64,000 nt of DNA, from contig JAZSER010000043.1 of the NCBI GenBank assembly GCA_045531815.1, positions 2,297 through 66,296 of the forward strand, written 5' to 3'. The position numbers and the translations under genes were made by a program. Shown in pieces: positions 36,686 through 47,120 of this stretch. Origin of the DNA: Faecousia sp. (lineage in GTDB: Bacteria > Bacillota > Clostridia > Oscillospirales > Oscillospiraceae). Position 1 is the first letter of the stretch. The number at the start of each line of letters is the position of its first letter. The notes beneath the pieces are model-generated. The model had not been told where the DNA came from and did no database searches. It was given only the letters and a program-made list of their open reading frames with translations.

Positions 36686-37225
36686 TTAGTTAGAATATGC
36701 TTCCGGCTTCAGAATGCCAATGTAGGGCAAATTACGATAGTACTCATCGAAGTCGAGTCCGTATCCCACGACAAATTCATTGGGAACTTCAAAACCGGTG
36801 TAGTCCGGCTGCAAGGTCACCTTGGGGTTGCGACGGGAAGGCTTATCCAAAAGCGTGCAGATCTTCAAAGAAGCAGGTTCTTTGGTCAAAAGATGCTTAT
36901 AGGTAAAGTCAAGGGAGTTTCCGGTGTCAAAAATGTCCTCCAGAATCACGACATGGCGGCCCTTAATATCGGTGGAAATATCACGCTTGACGACCATCTG
37001 ACCGGATGTGGTTCCATGATAAGAGGATATCCACATGAAGTCGATCTGACACGGAATGTCTACACGCTTAATAAAATCGCCAAAAAACAAAACGACGCCC
37101 TTTAAAACACCGACAAAGATCGGATCTTTCCCTTTGTAGTCTTCCGATATCTGCTGCGCAAGCTCCTTTATCTTCTGCTGGATCTGTTCTTCACTGAGTA
37201 ATACACGCTCGATCATTTCTTTCAT
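36686..37225 (-). CDS. hpt: Hypoxanthine phosphoribosyltransferase
   Basis: VGVLKG, VILEDIFDTG, FVVGYGLD. Confidence 0.96.
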   Translation of the reverse strand: MKEMIERVLLSEEQIQQKIKELAQQISEDYKGKDPIFVGVLKGVVLFFGDFIKRVDIPCQIDFMWISSYHGTTSGQMVVKRDISTDIKGRHVVILEDIFDTGNSLDFTYKHLLTKEPASLKICTLLDKPSRRNPKVTLQPDYTGFEVPNEFVVGYGLDFDEYYRNLPYIGILKPEAYSN

Positions 37226-37256
37226 TTTTTAAGCCCCCATTGCTCTTTCTTTAGTC

Positions 37257-38531
37257 CTATTTCAGCGGTTTAATGCAAATCTCAACCGCCGGAAGTTCCT
37301 TTGCAACTCTATCAAGATTTGCTCCAAAGCCATAAGCACCCACGACCCCACATGCATCAACAAATACAGGGATCAGCGCTCTGCGGTTGGCAGGTATTTT
37401 TTTATCTATAAACAGTTTTTTCAGCCGTTTGCTTCCGCCACTCAGCCGCATGCTGTCACCCTCACAGCGGCTGCGCAAACTCAAGTCTCCTTGCAGATGT
37501 ACCGTAAAACGGTCTGGCTGATTCACACACTCCGTTGCAACGGTGCAGATCACACGCAAGCCCGCCTCATTTAAATCCAACACGCAGGGAATGTCCAATT
37601 TGGTTATCTCCAGTGCATTGTGGATTTCCAGCTTTTCAATACGGTCGTAGTTTCTTCCTACAGCAACATTCCCCGGGAAATCTGCACGGGCTGAAGTTTT
37701 TTCAGAAAAAACCAAAGCTTCCGCCAGTTCGATATGCTCTGCCTCCGGTTCAGGAATGCCGCTATTTTGAAGAAGCGTTCCCAAAACGCGGCTTCTTAAA
37801 GCCGGATGCATCTGTCGCAGTTTTGTTACATCATTGCACTGCTGCTCCTGTGCCATAATGCTCAACATCGACTCATCCTGGCGCAGACGCAGCGCCATAG
37901 CCGAAAGATTCTCCGCAAGGCGGGGATTCTCTTGTTTTAAAAGCGGCATTACATGATGCCGCAAACGGTTTCGCAGAAACCGGTCCGTATTGTTTGAGCT
38001 GTCCGTAATATACTGCAGATGGTACTCCTTCAGAAAAGCAAGCACTTCCTTGCGGGTCACCTGCAAAAGCGGACGAATCAAGACACCGTTAACAGGAGCA
38101 ATCCCGCCCAATCCTTTCAACCCTGACCCCCGGAGCATATGCATAAGCATCGTCTCGGCATTGTCATCTGCGGTATGGGCTGTTGCGATTTTTCGGTCAG
38201 GAAGGCTCTTTAGAAAACTGTACCGTGCCTCTCTTGCTGCAGCTTCCAACCCTTTCTTTCCGGGGCAAACCTGAGAAGCACCGACATGAAGCGTAATGCC
38301 ATAGCCAGCGCAAAAATCTCGCACGAACTGTTCGTCAGCATCGGATTCATCACCGCGAAGCTTATGGTTAAAATGCGCAGCCTCAAGTTGGATCTGCAGT
38401 TTCTCCCGCAAAAGATACAGCGCAAACAGCAAGGCAATGGAATCAGCGCCTCCGGATACTGCGCAAACCACCGTATCCCCAGGCTGAAGCATTCCATAAC
38501 GGCGTGAAAATGCCAAAAGTTTATTCAGCAT
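37257..38531 (-). CDS. tilS: tRNA(Ile)-lysidine synthase
   Basis: SGGADS, ATAHTADD, RPLL, RNRLR; tilS-hpt-ftsH order. Confidence 0.95.
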   Translation of the reverse strand: MLNKLLAFSRRYGMLQPGDTVVCAVSGGADSIALLFALYLLREKLQIQLEAAHFNHKLRGDESDADEQFVRDFCAGYGITLHVGASQVCPGKKGLEAAAREARYSFLKSLPDRKIATAHTADDNAETMLMHMLRGSGLKGLGGIAPVNGVLIRPLLQVTRKEVLAFLKEYHLQYITDSSNNTDRFLRNRLRHHVMPLLKQENPRLAENLSAMALRLRQDESMLSIMAQEQQCNDVTKLRQMHPALRSRVLGTLLQNSGIPEPEAEHIELAEALVFSEKTSARADFPGNVAVGRNYDRIEKLEIHNALEITKLDIPCVLDLNEAGLRVICTVATECVNQPDRFTVHLQGDLSLRSRCEGDSMRLSGGSKRLKKLFIDKKIPANRRALIPVFVDACGVVGAYGFGANLDRVAKELPAVEICIKPLK

Positions 38532-39861
38532 GCTTCCACTCCGGGTCAGAGAAGGTCTGATACTGCGGGGTCCATTGCAATTTCACTGTGCCAACTTCAC
38601 CGTGTCGGTTTTTTGACACAATGCATTCCGCAATACCCTTATCTTCCGAGTTCTCATTGTAATACTCATCACGGTACAGGAACAAGACCTCATCGGCATC
38701 CTGCTCGATAGCACCGGATTCACGCAAGTCAGACAGCATTGGTCTCTTATCCGTACGACCTTCCGGGCCACGTGAGAGCTGGCTCAGACAAATAACAGGA
38801 ACATTCAGTTCCTTTGCCATGATCTTCAGCGAACGGGAAATGTCACTGACGATATTGACACGGCTATCGCCGCCGCTCTTACCGTAGCCAGAGCCGTTCA
38901 TCAGTTGCAAATAATCGATGATCACAAGACCCAGGTCATCCAGTCTGCGGCATTTTGCATTCATTTCCGCCACAGTGATCGAAGGATTGTCATCTACACG
39001 AATATCCGTCTGGCTCAAAGCAGCAGAAGCCATACACAGCTTACTCCACTCCTCTTCCGTCAGCTTACCGGTGGCGATCTTTTGACTGTCGACAAAGCTT
39101 TGCATTGCCAAAAGTCGCATTGCCAGCTGCTCACGGGACATCTCCAAAGAAAACATAGCAACCGTTTGCTTATACTTCTTTGCGACATTCAATCCAAGAT
39201 TCAGCGCAAAAGCTGTCTTGCCCATGGCGGGACGGGCAGCAAGCAGAAGCAGGTCAGACTTATTTAGGCCACTGATCTTAACATCCAGATCCCGCAAGCC
39301 GGTAGACAAGCCGGGAATTGCAGAGTCAGATTGGCTCAATTCCGTCAAACGGTCAAACACTTTATGCAGCGTTGTGCCGATATGCTCCAGTGAGTCACCC
39401 CGTTCTCCCTTGCGAAGTGCATAAATCTTCTTTTCCGCACTTTCTAAGATTTCAGCGGGTGTTCCCACCTGATTGTACACCGTCTCTGAGATATCCGTTG
39501 CCGCATCTGCCAAACCGCGCAGCATTGCCTTATCCCGGACAATATTCGCATACCGAACAGCATTTGCTGCTGTAGGTGTGATCTCCATCAGCTGAAGGAT
39601 ATAGTCTCTGGAATCATCGGTGTAGAATCCCAGCTCCTTCATTTTATCCAAAACAGTAACCGGATCGATGCTCTGGGAAAAGTTAAACATCGTATAGATG
39701 GTCTCGTAGATCTGTCTGTTTTGTTGGAGGTAAAAGTCCTCCGGGCGCAGAATGCCAATCACATCTGTCAGACAACGGCTGTCGATCAAAATAGAACCTA
39801 AAACCGCCTGCTCCGCCTCCAGAGAATGGGGGGACTGACGCGCAATCAGTTGTTCGTCCAT
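38521..39861 (-). CDS. dnaB: Replicative DNA helicase
   Basis: AARPAMGKT, FSLEM, IDYLQL, LSQLSR, DLRESGAIEQDAD. Confidence 0.97.
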   Translation of the reverse strand: MDEQLIARQSPHSLEAEQAVLGSILIDSRCLTDVIGILRPEDFYLQQNRQIYETIYTMFNFSQSIDPVTVLDKMKELGFYTDDSRDYILQLMEITPTAANAVRYANIVRDKAMLRGLADAATDISETVYNQVGTPAEILESAEKKIYALRKGERGDSLEHIGTTLHKVFDRLTELSQSDSAIPGLSTGLRDLDVKISGLNKSDLLLLAARPAMGKTAFALNLGLNVAKKYKQTVAMFSLEMSREQLAMRLLAMQSFVDSQKIATGKLTEEEWSKLCMASAALSQTDIRVDDNPSITVAEMNAKCRRLDDLGLVIIDYLQLMNGSGYGKSGGDSRVNIVSDISRSLKIMAKELNVPVICLSQLSRGPEGRTDKRPMLSDLRESGAIEQDADEVLFLYRDEYYNENSEDKGIAECIVSKNRHGEVGTVKLQWTPQYQTFSDPEWKHAE

Positions 39862-39902
39862 TCTGCTCCTCCTCTCATGGTAAAGTTAAATCCCTGAAAT
39901 AA

Positions 39903-40349
39903 TTATGCTTCTACGATCTTTACGGTTAGCGGTGCGGTGATCTCATAGCCAAGCTTACACTGGACCGTATATGTGCCGATATTCTTGATCGGATCTGCAA
40001 TGACGATCTTCCGCTTATCCAGAGTAATTCCGGCAGCCGCCTTCAAAGCATCCGCAATTTCCTGGTTGGTAACAGAACCAAACAGACGACCCGCTCCGCC
40101 GCCCTTGGCTGTCACGGTCAGCGTCATCTCACGCAGCTTCTTGGACAGCTCAACTGCCTCAGCGCGTTCCTTAGCTGCCTTTTCTGCAGCAGCCTTATCG
40201 TTCATGCGCATCGTATTAACTGCATCGGCAGTTGCCTCAACAGCAATCTTTCTGGGAAGCATATAATTTCTGGCATAGCCGTCAGAAACCTCGATCATCT
40301 GACCTTTCTTGCCTTTTCCCTTTACATCCTGCATCAAAATAACCTTCAT
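39903..40349 (-). CDS. rplI: 50S ribosomal protein L9
   Basis: [25 protein letters not shown]. Confidence 0.97.
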   Translation of the reverse strand: MKVILMQDVKGKGKKGQMIEVSDGYARNYMLPRKIAVEATADAVNTMRMNDKAAAEKAAKERAEAVELSKKLREMTLTVTAKGGGAGRLFGSVTNQEIADALKAAAGITLDKRKIVIADPIKNIGTYTVQCKLGYEITAPLTVKIVEA

Positions 40350-40364
40350 TGCTTAAATCTCCTT

Positions 40365-42341
40365 TTAAGATTCATAATACTGATCAATAGATGCGACCAA
40401 CCGGTCAAGCACCTCTTTCACGGATTGATCCCGAACCTGAGCACCGGCTGTAGCAGTATTTCCGCCTCCGCCCAAAGGCTCAAGGATCATCTGCACATTC
40501 ACATCACCAATGGAACGGGCAGAAACATAAACCTGTTCTCCCTCCGGATACAGCACAAAGGATGTGGATATTCCGGAAATATTCAAAAGCTCGTCTGCTG
40601 CCTGTGCAGCCAACGGCCGGGATACAGCTGAATTAAGCGCTGCGATAGCGATCTCCTGTCGGTAAAGCCGGGCAGATTTAATGATCTGATACTTAGCGAT
40701 GGTATTCTGAAAATCATTCTGAAGAAGCTTTTTCACTTCCACAGTATCCGCACCCAGTTGTCTCAGGTATGCAGCTGCTTCAAAAGTGCGCTCTCCTGTA
40801 CGGACATTAAAGCTCTTGGTGTCCAGGAAAATGCCGGCCATCAGGGATTTTGCCTCGATGGGCAGGACATCCTTCTTCTCAACGGCATACTGAAGAAGCT
40901 CTGTGGTCATTTCCGCAGCAGAGGATGCGTAGGGTTCGTGGAAATTCACCACCACCGGCTTAATGTAGTCAGCTGCTCTTCTATGGTGATCCACAACACA
41001 TACTTTAGGAATGGATTCCAGCAAAGGACGGTATTCCACTTGATCCGGTCTGTTGGTATCCACAACGATCAATGTACTGCGATTATCACTCAGCAGCAGC
41101 GCTTCCTGACCGGAGATAAAGATATTCTTATATTCCGGCTGCTTGCAGATCTCTTCGATCAGCTTCTGGGCAGAATTGTTCTCCAGGTCAATGACGATAT
41201 GAGCCTGCTTACCCTTCTTGCGGCACAGGCATGCGACACCCATCGCTGCGCCTACAGCATCCAGATCGGCATTTTTATGGCCCATGATAAACACCTGGCT
41301 GCTTTGGCCGATCAGTTCCATCAGGGAGTTTGCAGTGACGCGGGAACGCACCTTACTGCGGTGATCCGCTTCCTTTGTTCTGCCGCCATAAAAGCTGAAG
41401 TTCAGCCTGTCCTTGACAACAGCCTGGTCACCGCCGCGGCTCAGTGCCATCTCGATGGAAAGTGCCGCAAAGTCATAGCCTTCCTCAAAGGTCGCGCCGT
41501 CTACACCCAAGCCAAAGGAGATGGACGCTGCCAAACCGGAAGGACCAGTGATCTCATGGATATCCTCCAGGATCGTAAATTTGGACTCGATCGCCCGCTT
41601 CAGGTCCTGCTTCTCAAATACCAAAAGAAAACGATTTTTTTCCAAACGGCGCAACAGTGCATGGTATCCCTGGGCCCATTTCATAATGGTATTGTTAATG
41701 CGTGAATTCAGTGCGGAGATCGCACCTTCGGTCATGTTGCGGGTCAATTCCTCGTAATTATCCACCAAAATGATAGAAACCACAGGTCGGCTGCGAATAT
41801 ACTCGTCTCTTACCTGATAAAGCTCCGTCAAGTCAGTAAAATAAAGAATACCCAAAGGCGTTTCGTGGGGATCGTCTGCACGGATCGCTGTACCGTAAAC
41901 ACGATATCGCCGCTCAGCAATGGTAACATCATAGGGATACTCCATTTTTCCGGATGTAAGCCATTCTGTGGAGAACCCGGGGAGTATCTCGTCGATCAGG
42001 CGCTCCTTTACCGTATTTTGAAGTTGCGCACATTTGGTAAAGGCGTCGTTCACATATACAATGCCATCATCAGAAAGACGGATCACAACCATGGGAAACG
42101 GTGACTTAGCACCATTTTCGCCACTCATTTTGTTTTCGGTCTTTGCGATAAAGTTCTGAAGCTCTTTGCTGCGCTGGGAGCGGTACATAATGTAAAGTAC
42201 AAACAGCAAGATCGTAACAGCCAGTTCCACGCCGGCAAGTACATATGCCTGAGCAACCGCAGCTGCGATTCCAAAGGCCAGCAAGATCAAAAAGTAGATG
42301 CCGACATTGTAATTCAGAACTCTTCCAAGAGACTTATTCAA
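40365..42341 (-). CDS. gdpP: Cyclic-di-AMP phosphodiesterase GdpP
   Basis: Two TM, RGGDQ, GHKNADLD, DHH, GGGG DHHA1; upstream of rplI. Confidence 0.9.
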   Translation of the reverse strand: MNKSLGRVLNYNVGIYFLILLAFGIAAAVAQAYVLAGVELAVTILLFVLYIMYRSQRSKELQNFIAKTENKMSGENGAKSPFPMVVIRLSDDGIVYVNDAFTKCAQLQNTVKERLIDEILPGFSTEWLTSGKMEYPYDVTIAERRYRVYGTAIRADDPHETPLGILYFTDLTELYQVRDEYIRSRPVVSIILVDNYEELTRNMTEGAISALNSRINNTIMKWAQGYHALLRRLEKNRFLLVFEKQDLKRAIESKFTILEDIHEITGPSGLAASISFGLGVDGATFEEGYDFAALSIEMALSRGGDQAVVKDRLNFSFYGGRTKEADHRSKVRSRVTANSLMELIGQSSQVFIMGHKNADLDAVGAAMGVACLCRKKGKQAHIVIDLENNSAQKLIEEICKQPEYKNIFISGQEALLLSDNRSTLIVVDTNRPDQVEYRPLLESIPKVCVVDHHRRAADYIKPVVVNFHEPYASSAAEMTTELLQYAVEKKDVLPIEAKSLMAGIFLDTKSFNVRTGERTFEAAAYLRQLGADTVEVKKLLQNDFQNTIAKYQIIKSARLYRQEIAIAALNSAVSRPLAAQAADELLNISGISTSFVLYPEGEQVYVSARSIGDVNVQMILEPLGGGGNTATAGAQVRDQSVKEVLDRLVASIDQYYES

Positions 42342-42672
42342 TCACTCCACCTCCCGGTGCCTATAATTCGCTCTATTTTATGTATTATAGCAAATACACG
42401 CAAAAGGTGCAACTCCATTTTACTTCGAAAACAACAGAACCTGAAAAAGATATTTTTTCTGTCAAATGCGGAAGAAAAATAAATGTGTACAATCCTGCAA
42501 AAATGTGGTATAATAGTTAAAGAAGCGTCAGGCAGGCAGACCTGAGCATTAAATCAAAAATCACTATCAGCGGGCGTAATTTCCGTTCCGGCAGCGATTC
42601 GGGGCTGTGCAGGAAGGCAGACGGCCGCGTGGTTTGTTGCGTCTTTTTGACGACGATGAAAGGAGTATCTAT

Positions 42673-44328
42673 TTGGCTGAAAAATTAAAAATCATCCCTC
42701 TTGGCGGTCTGGATGAGATCGGTAAGAACATTACAGTGTTGGAATACGGAAAAGATATGATCGTAGTGGACTGCGGTGTGGGCTTTCCGGATGAAGACAT
42801 GTACGGAGTTGATCTGGTAATTCCCGATTTCTCCTATCTTGTGCAAAACGCGAGAAAATTACGGGGTATGTTTATTACCCACGGACATGAGGACCATATC
42901 GGTTCTATCCCCTACTGTATGCAGCAGGTAACCTGCCCCATACACGCTACCGCTATGACCTGCGGTCTTGTAAAGCTCAAACTGGAAGAGCATCGTATTG
43001 CAGACAAGGTCAAGCTGATCACGCACAAACCCGGTGACACCGTTAAAGCCGGCTGCTTCACCGTGGAATTCATTCATGTGAACCATTCCATTGCAGACGC
43101 GGTGGCTTTTGCGATCCACACACCTGTCGGCACCGTGGTAATGACCGGTGACTTTAAAATCGACCCCACGGCGCAGGAAGGTATGATCGATCTTGCGCGC
43201 CTGGGCGAACTTGGCAACCAGGGTGTTCTGGCACTGCTCTGCGACTCTACCAATGTAGAACGCCAGGGCTACACCCCCAGTGAAAGTATTGTCGCAGAAG
43301 GATTGGACCGACAGTTTAAAAACTGCGATCAGAGAATCGTTGTTACCACCTTTGCATCTAATATGCACCGACTGCAGGCCGTTCTCAGCACCGCTCACCG
43401 CTACGGCAGAAAGGTTGCTGTTACAGGCCGCAGTATGGAGAATATGCTGAAGGTTGCCCAGGAACTGGGCTATCTGAAGATCCCCGCCGGCACCATCGTG
43501 GACCTTGGTGCTCTGAAGAGTTTACCCAAGAACAAAATTGTCATCGTTTCCACCGGTTCCCAGGGCGAGAACATGTCCGCCCTGTACCGTATGGCATTCT
43601 CTACCCACAAGCAGATCGATATTCAATCCGGTGACCGGATCATCATTTCCGCATCTGCCATCCCCGGAAACGAAAAGGCCGTGTCCCGGATCATCAACGA
43701 GCTGTACCGCAAGGGCGCCGAAGTTGTTTATGAAAAAAGCGAGGGCCTTCATGTATCCGGCCATGCTTGCCAGGAAGAGCTGAAGATCATTCACGCCCTC
43801 TGTCGGCCCAAGTTTTTCGTCCCCGTCCACGGTGAGCAGCGTCACTTGCAGATCCACGGCAAGCTGGCTGTACAGGTAGGGACACCTGCAAAGAATATCC
43901 GCATTGCCGAAATCGGCAGCGTATTGGAATTCACACGAAAGACATGCAAGCTGGCAGGAACCGTTCCGGCAGGCAAGGTCTTTGTTGACGGCACAGGCGT
44001 CGGTGATGTGGGCAGTGTCGTTCTGCGCGACCGGAAGCATCTTGCGCAGGATGGCATGATCGTCGTATGTGTCAGCATTTCCGCGCAGGACGGTGGCGTT
44101 GTAACAGGGCCGGACATCATTACCCGCGGATTTATCTATGTAAAGGAGTCCGAGGAGTTGATGGAAGAGCTGAAGACCGTTGCCATGGAAGCCATCGAAC
44201 GCTGCGGCAGAAAACGGGTTCGGGATTGGACAGCTATCAAAACAGCCATTAAAAATGACTTAAGTGGCTATCTGTTTAAGACGACCAAGCGCAACCCCAT
44301 GATCCTGCCCGTTATTATGGAGATCTGA
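42673..44328 (+). CDS. rnj: Ribonuclease J
   Basis: PLGGLDEIGKN, HGHEDHIG, HVSGHA, PVHGE; TTG start after AAAGGAG. Confidence 0.95.
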   Translation: MAEKLKIIPLGGLDEIGKNITVLEYGKDMIVVDCGVGFPDEDMYGVDLVIPDFSYLVQNARKLRGMFITHGHEDHIGSIPYCMQQVTCPIHATAMTCGLVKLKLEEHRIADKVKLITHKPGDTVKAGCFTVEFIHVNHSIADAVAFAIHTPVGTVVMTGDFKIDPTAQEGMIDLARLGELGNQGVLALLCDSTNVERQGYTPSESIVAEGLDRQFKNCDQRIVVTTFASNMHRLQAVLSTAHRYGRKVAVTGRSMENMLKVAQELGYLKIPAGTIVDLGALKSLPKNKIVIVSTGSQGENMSALYRMAFSTHKQIDIQSGDRIIISASAIPGNEKAVSRIINELYRKGAEVVYEKSEGLHVSGHACQEELKIIHALCRPKFFVPVHGEQRHLQIHGKLAVQVGTPAKNIRIAEIGSVLEFTRKTCKLAGTVPAGKVFVDGTGVGDVGSVVLRDRKHLAQDGMIVVCVSISAQDGGVVTGPDIITRGFIYVKESEELMEELKTVAMEAIERCGRKRVRDWTAIKTAIKNDLSGYLFKTTKRNPMILPVIMEI

Positions 44329-44391
44329 TATTCCGGCAGGGTGCGTTCCAAGCGCACCCTGCTGTGAGTTTATACAACAGGAGAGATACAT

Positions 44392-45336
44392 ATGCGTTAC
44401 TATTTTGCTCCCTTGGAAGGCCTTACCGACCGATTGTACCGAAAGCTTCATCACCAATTCTTTCCAGGAGCGGACCGATACTACACCCCGTTTCTCTCCC
44501 CTACTGTTCATCGCTGTTTAACCCCCAAGGAGCAGCGGGAGCTGCCCTTGGCCGACACACTGGAACAAGAAACGATCCCGCAGCTGCTGACAAAAAATGC
44601 CGACGATTTTTTATGGATGGCGCAGCAATGTGCGCAACGGGGCTACACAGAAGTAAACCTGAATCTGGGGTGTCCTTCAGGAACAGTAACTGCAAAGGGA
44701 AAAGGTTCCGGAATGCTGACCGATACTGACAGCCTGGACCGGTTTCTGGATGCTGTTTTCCAGGCACCCCCTTTGGATATATCCATAAAAACCAGGATCG
44801 GCTTTCAATCTCCGGAAGAGTTTCCTGCAATACTGGATGTTTATAACCGCTATCCCATAAAGGAGCTTATCATCCACCCGCGGGTACGCAGTGTCTTTTA
44901 CAAGGGAAGTGTCAACAAAGATGCCTACAGGTACGCAACTGCCAACAGCAGTGCACCCCTGTGCTTTAACGGTAATCTCTGTACACTGCGGCAGATCCGG
45001 CAATTAGCTGCTGAATTCCCTCAGACCAATGCAGTGATGCTGGGTCGTGGTCTCATTGCTGACCCCGGAATGCTCAGCCCGGAGGGAACAACGATCCCTC
45101 GGCTGCAGGCATTTCATCAGGCATTGCTCGATGGCTATATCGATGCATTCGGTGGAGCACGAAATGCAATGTTCCGCATGAAGGAGCACTGGAGTTATCT
45201 GACTCGGCGCTTTGATGGCGGTGAAGCTTTGTTTAAGCAGCTTCGGAAGACCACTGATCTTGGCGAATATGCCGCTCTGACGGAGCAAATCTTCGCCACA
45301 GTCCCATTGAAAGAAGAGTTGTTTCCTGATTGGTAA
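44392..45336 (+). CDS. tRNA-dihydrouridine synthase family protein
   Basis: APLEG, NLNLGCP, IKTRIG, HPR, VMLGRG. Confidence 0.9.
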   Translation: MRYYFAPLEGLTDRLYRKLHHQFFPGADRYYTPFLSPTVHRCLTPKEQRELPLADTLEQETIPQLLTKNADDFLWMAQQCAQRGYTEVNLNLGCPSGTVTAKGKGSGMLTDTDSLDRFLDAVFQAPPLDISIKTRIGFQSPEEFPAILDVYNRYPIKELIIHPRVRSVFYKGSVNKDAYRYATANSSAPLCFNGNLCTLRQIRQLAAEFPQTNAVMLGRGLIADPGMLSPEGTTIPRLQAFHQALLDGYIDAFGGARNAMFRMKEHWSYLTRRFDGGEALFKQLRKTTDLGEYAALTEQIFATVPLKEELFPDW

Positions 45337-45440
45337 TGATTTTGCGCAGCTGCAAACATGCAGCTGCGCATTTTTCATGAGTAAAAACCACGGTGCAGGA
45401 TGCTGCACCGTGGTTACTTAGTTCTATTCAGAGATCAGCT

Positions 45441-46943
45441 TCAGGCAAGTTTCAGTTCAGACAGGACGATCTTATTATAGCTGACCTTCATCGGCCACTT
45501 GATCTCAGCGGCATCGATCATCTCGTTGGTCCGCTCAGAGAGCAACATGCTGCGTGCAGATGTCAGCCAGTGGGCTTCACCCTCGACAAAATACATAATG
45601 TGGTAACCGAACTCGGTCTGAACAATACCGGTATCTCCAGGCTTACGGGACATATCAATGGACCAGTTCAGGAAATTCTCCACATAGTTGGAGCCGGGAG
45701 CAACATCGGTGTACAAGCCACCTGTGCTGGCAGAACCGGGGTCCTCCGTATAGGTAGCCACCAATGCAGCAAAGCTCTCTTCTGTAGCCTCACCGTTACG
45801 CCACTCCTCCAGGATCTTTTCCGCCTCAGCCAGGCAAGCTGCCCATTCCGCATCCGAGTAAGAGAGCACGCCTGTATCGTCCTCTGTGCCGCCCTCGGGG
45901 CAAACCAGAATATGGCGAACGCTGGATACAAGTCCGGAGGTCATCGTAACACCGCTGCTTTCGAAAGCAGCCTGATTCTGGGTAAAGTATTCCTCACACT
46001 CGGCATCTGTAGGCATCAGCCGCTCATACTCGGAAGAGTAAAACACATTACGCAGCGTGACCATTTCGATATAGTCAAGATATGCTTCCACGGTAACGCC
46101 GGGACCTAAGACCTCCTGGATCATAGCCTGTGCATTCTCAAACTCGCCCTCAGCAGCCTGGTCCTCCAGAACCTGAGGCAGTTTCTCAAACTCTGCAAGA
46201 TAGGTTTCATCCAGCTCAAAGCCAGCTTCCTCAGCCAGCAAAGCCATGATCTGATTATTCTGCCAGGTCTGCAGGGAAATGTCCAGCAAGTACTGCTCCC
46301 AGGTCAGCGTCTCATCAAAGTAGCAGGTCTGTTCACTCAGGGGCTGGGTATAATCCAAGCCGATCATGCCCAGATAGCTTCCGTAATAGTTCAAAAAGTC
46401 CTGAACCTGCATTCTGTAGAAAATCTGCAGCTGTGCATTGGTCAGTTCCTTGTCTGCGATCTGCGCAACGACTACGTCTGCCTTTTTCAGCATTGCTTCA
46501 TCCGTAGTCATATAGGCATCCTTGCGGGTAATGTTGTTTTCCGGAAGCTTGATCTGCACACCAAATGCTGTCAGCAAAGCCCAAGCCAGTACAAGCAGTG
46601 CCGCAACAGAGCCAACAATACCCAGGATCAGAAGCCATACCTTCTTTTTCGGCTTTTGGACAGGCTCCTCGGCCGCAGGTTCCGAAGCTTCTTCCTCATC
46701 CGGAATAGTTGTAAGAATTTCATCCTCCTGTGCAGGTTCATCCGTCAGCATAGTTGTAGGAACTTCATTCGGGTCCTCTGTCAACACAGCATCCTGGACA
46801 GTTTCCTCCTGCGCATTCTCTGTTTCCGGTGTTTCAGCCGGAACAACTTCCTGTTCTGCTGAGACCTCCGCAACAGCTTTACCGCACACCGGGCAGACCG
46901 TCTGGTCTTCTTCCAGCAGCGCATCACAGTAAATACACTTCAT
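45441..46943 (-). CDS. Parvulin-type peptidylprolyl isomerase with N-terminal zinc ribbon and TM anchor
   Basis: CxxC..CxxC, acidic linker, TM, VRHILV, DPGSASTGG, TEFGYHIM. Confidence 0.85.
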   Translation of the reverse strand: MKCIYCDALLEEDQTVCPVCGKAVAEVSAEQEVVPAETPETENAQEETVQDAVLTEDPNEVPTTMLTDEPAQEDEILTTIPDEEEASEPAAEEPVQKPKKKVWLLILGIVGSVAALLVLAWALLTAFGVQIKLPENNITRKDAYMTTDEAMLKKADVVVAQIADKELTNAQLQIFYRMQVQDFLNYYGSYLGMIGLDYTQPLSEQTCYFDETLTWEQYLLDISLQTWQNNQIMALLAEEAGFELDETYLAEFEKLPQVLEDQAAEGEFENAQAMIQEVLGPGVTVEAYLDYIEMVTLRNVFYSSEYERLMPTDAECEEYFTQNQAAFESSGVTMTSGLVSSVRHILVCPEGGTEDDTGVLSYSDAEWAACLAEAEKILEEWRNGEATEESFAALVATYTEDPGSASTGGLYTDVAPGSNYVENFLNWSIDMSRKPGDTGIVQTEFGYHIMYFVEGEAHWLTSARSMLLSERTNEMIDAAEIKWPMKVSYNKIVLSELKLA

Positions 46944-47120
46944 TTGCTTCCTCTTTCTCCCTTCGCGGGCAAAAATACAGAAATAGTTTAACATGGCAAT
47001 TAAAGAAATGCAAGAAATTAATATATCCTATCAAAAAATAGTTTTCCTTCCGGTTTGCCCTTGAAAAAAGATCCGGAAAATGCTATTATTTTATATTGAG
47101 AAATTATGGGGAGATAATTC

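Noticed and set aside
46650-46870. Low-complexity repeat
   Set aside because: Encodes the acidic linker of the PPIase; not a separate element.
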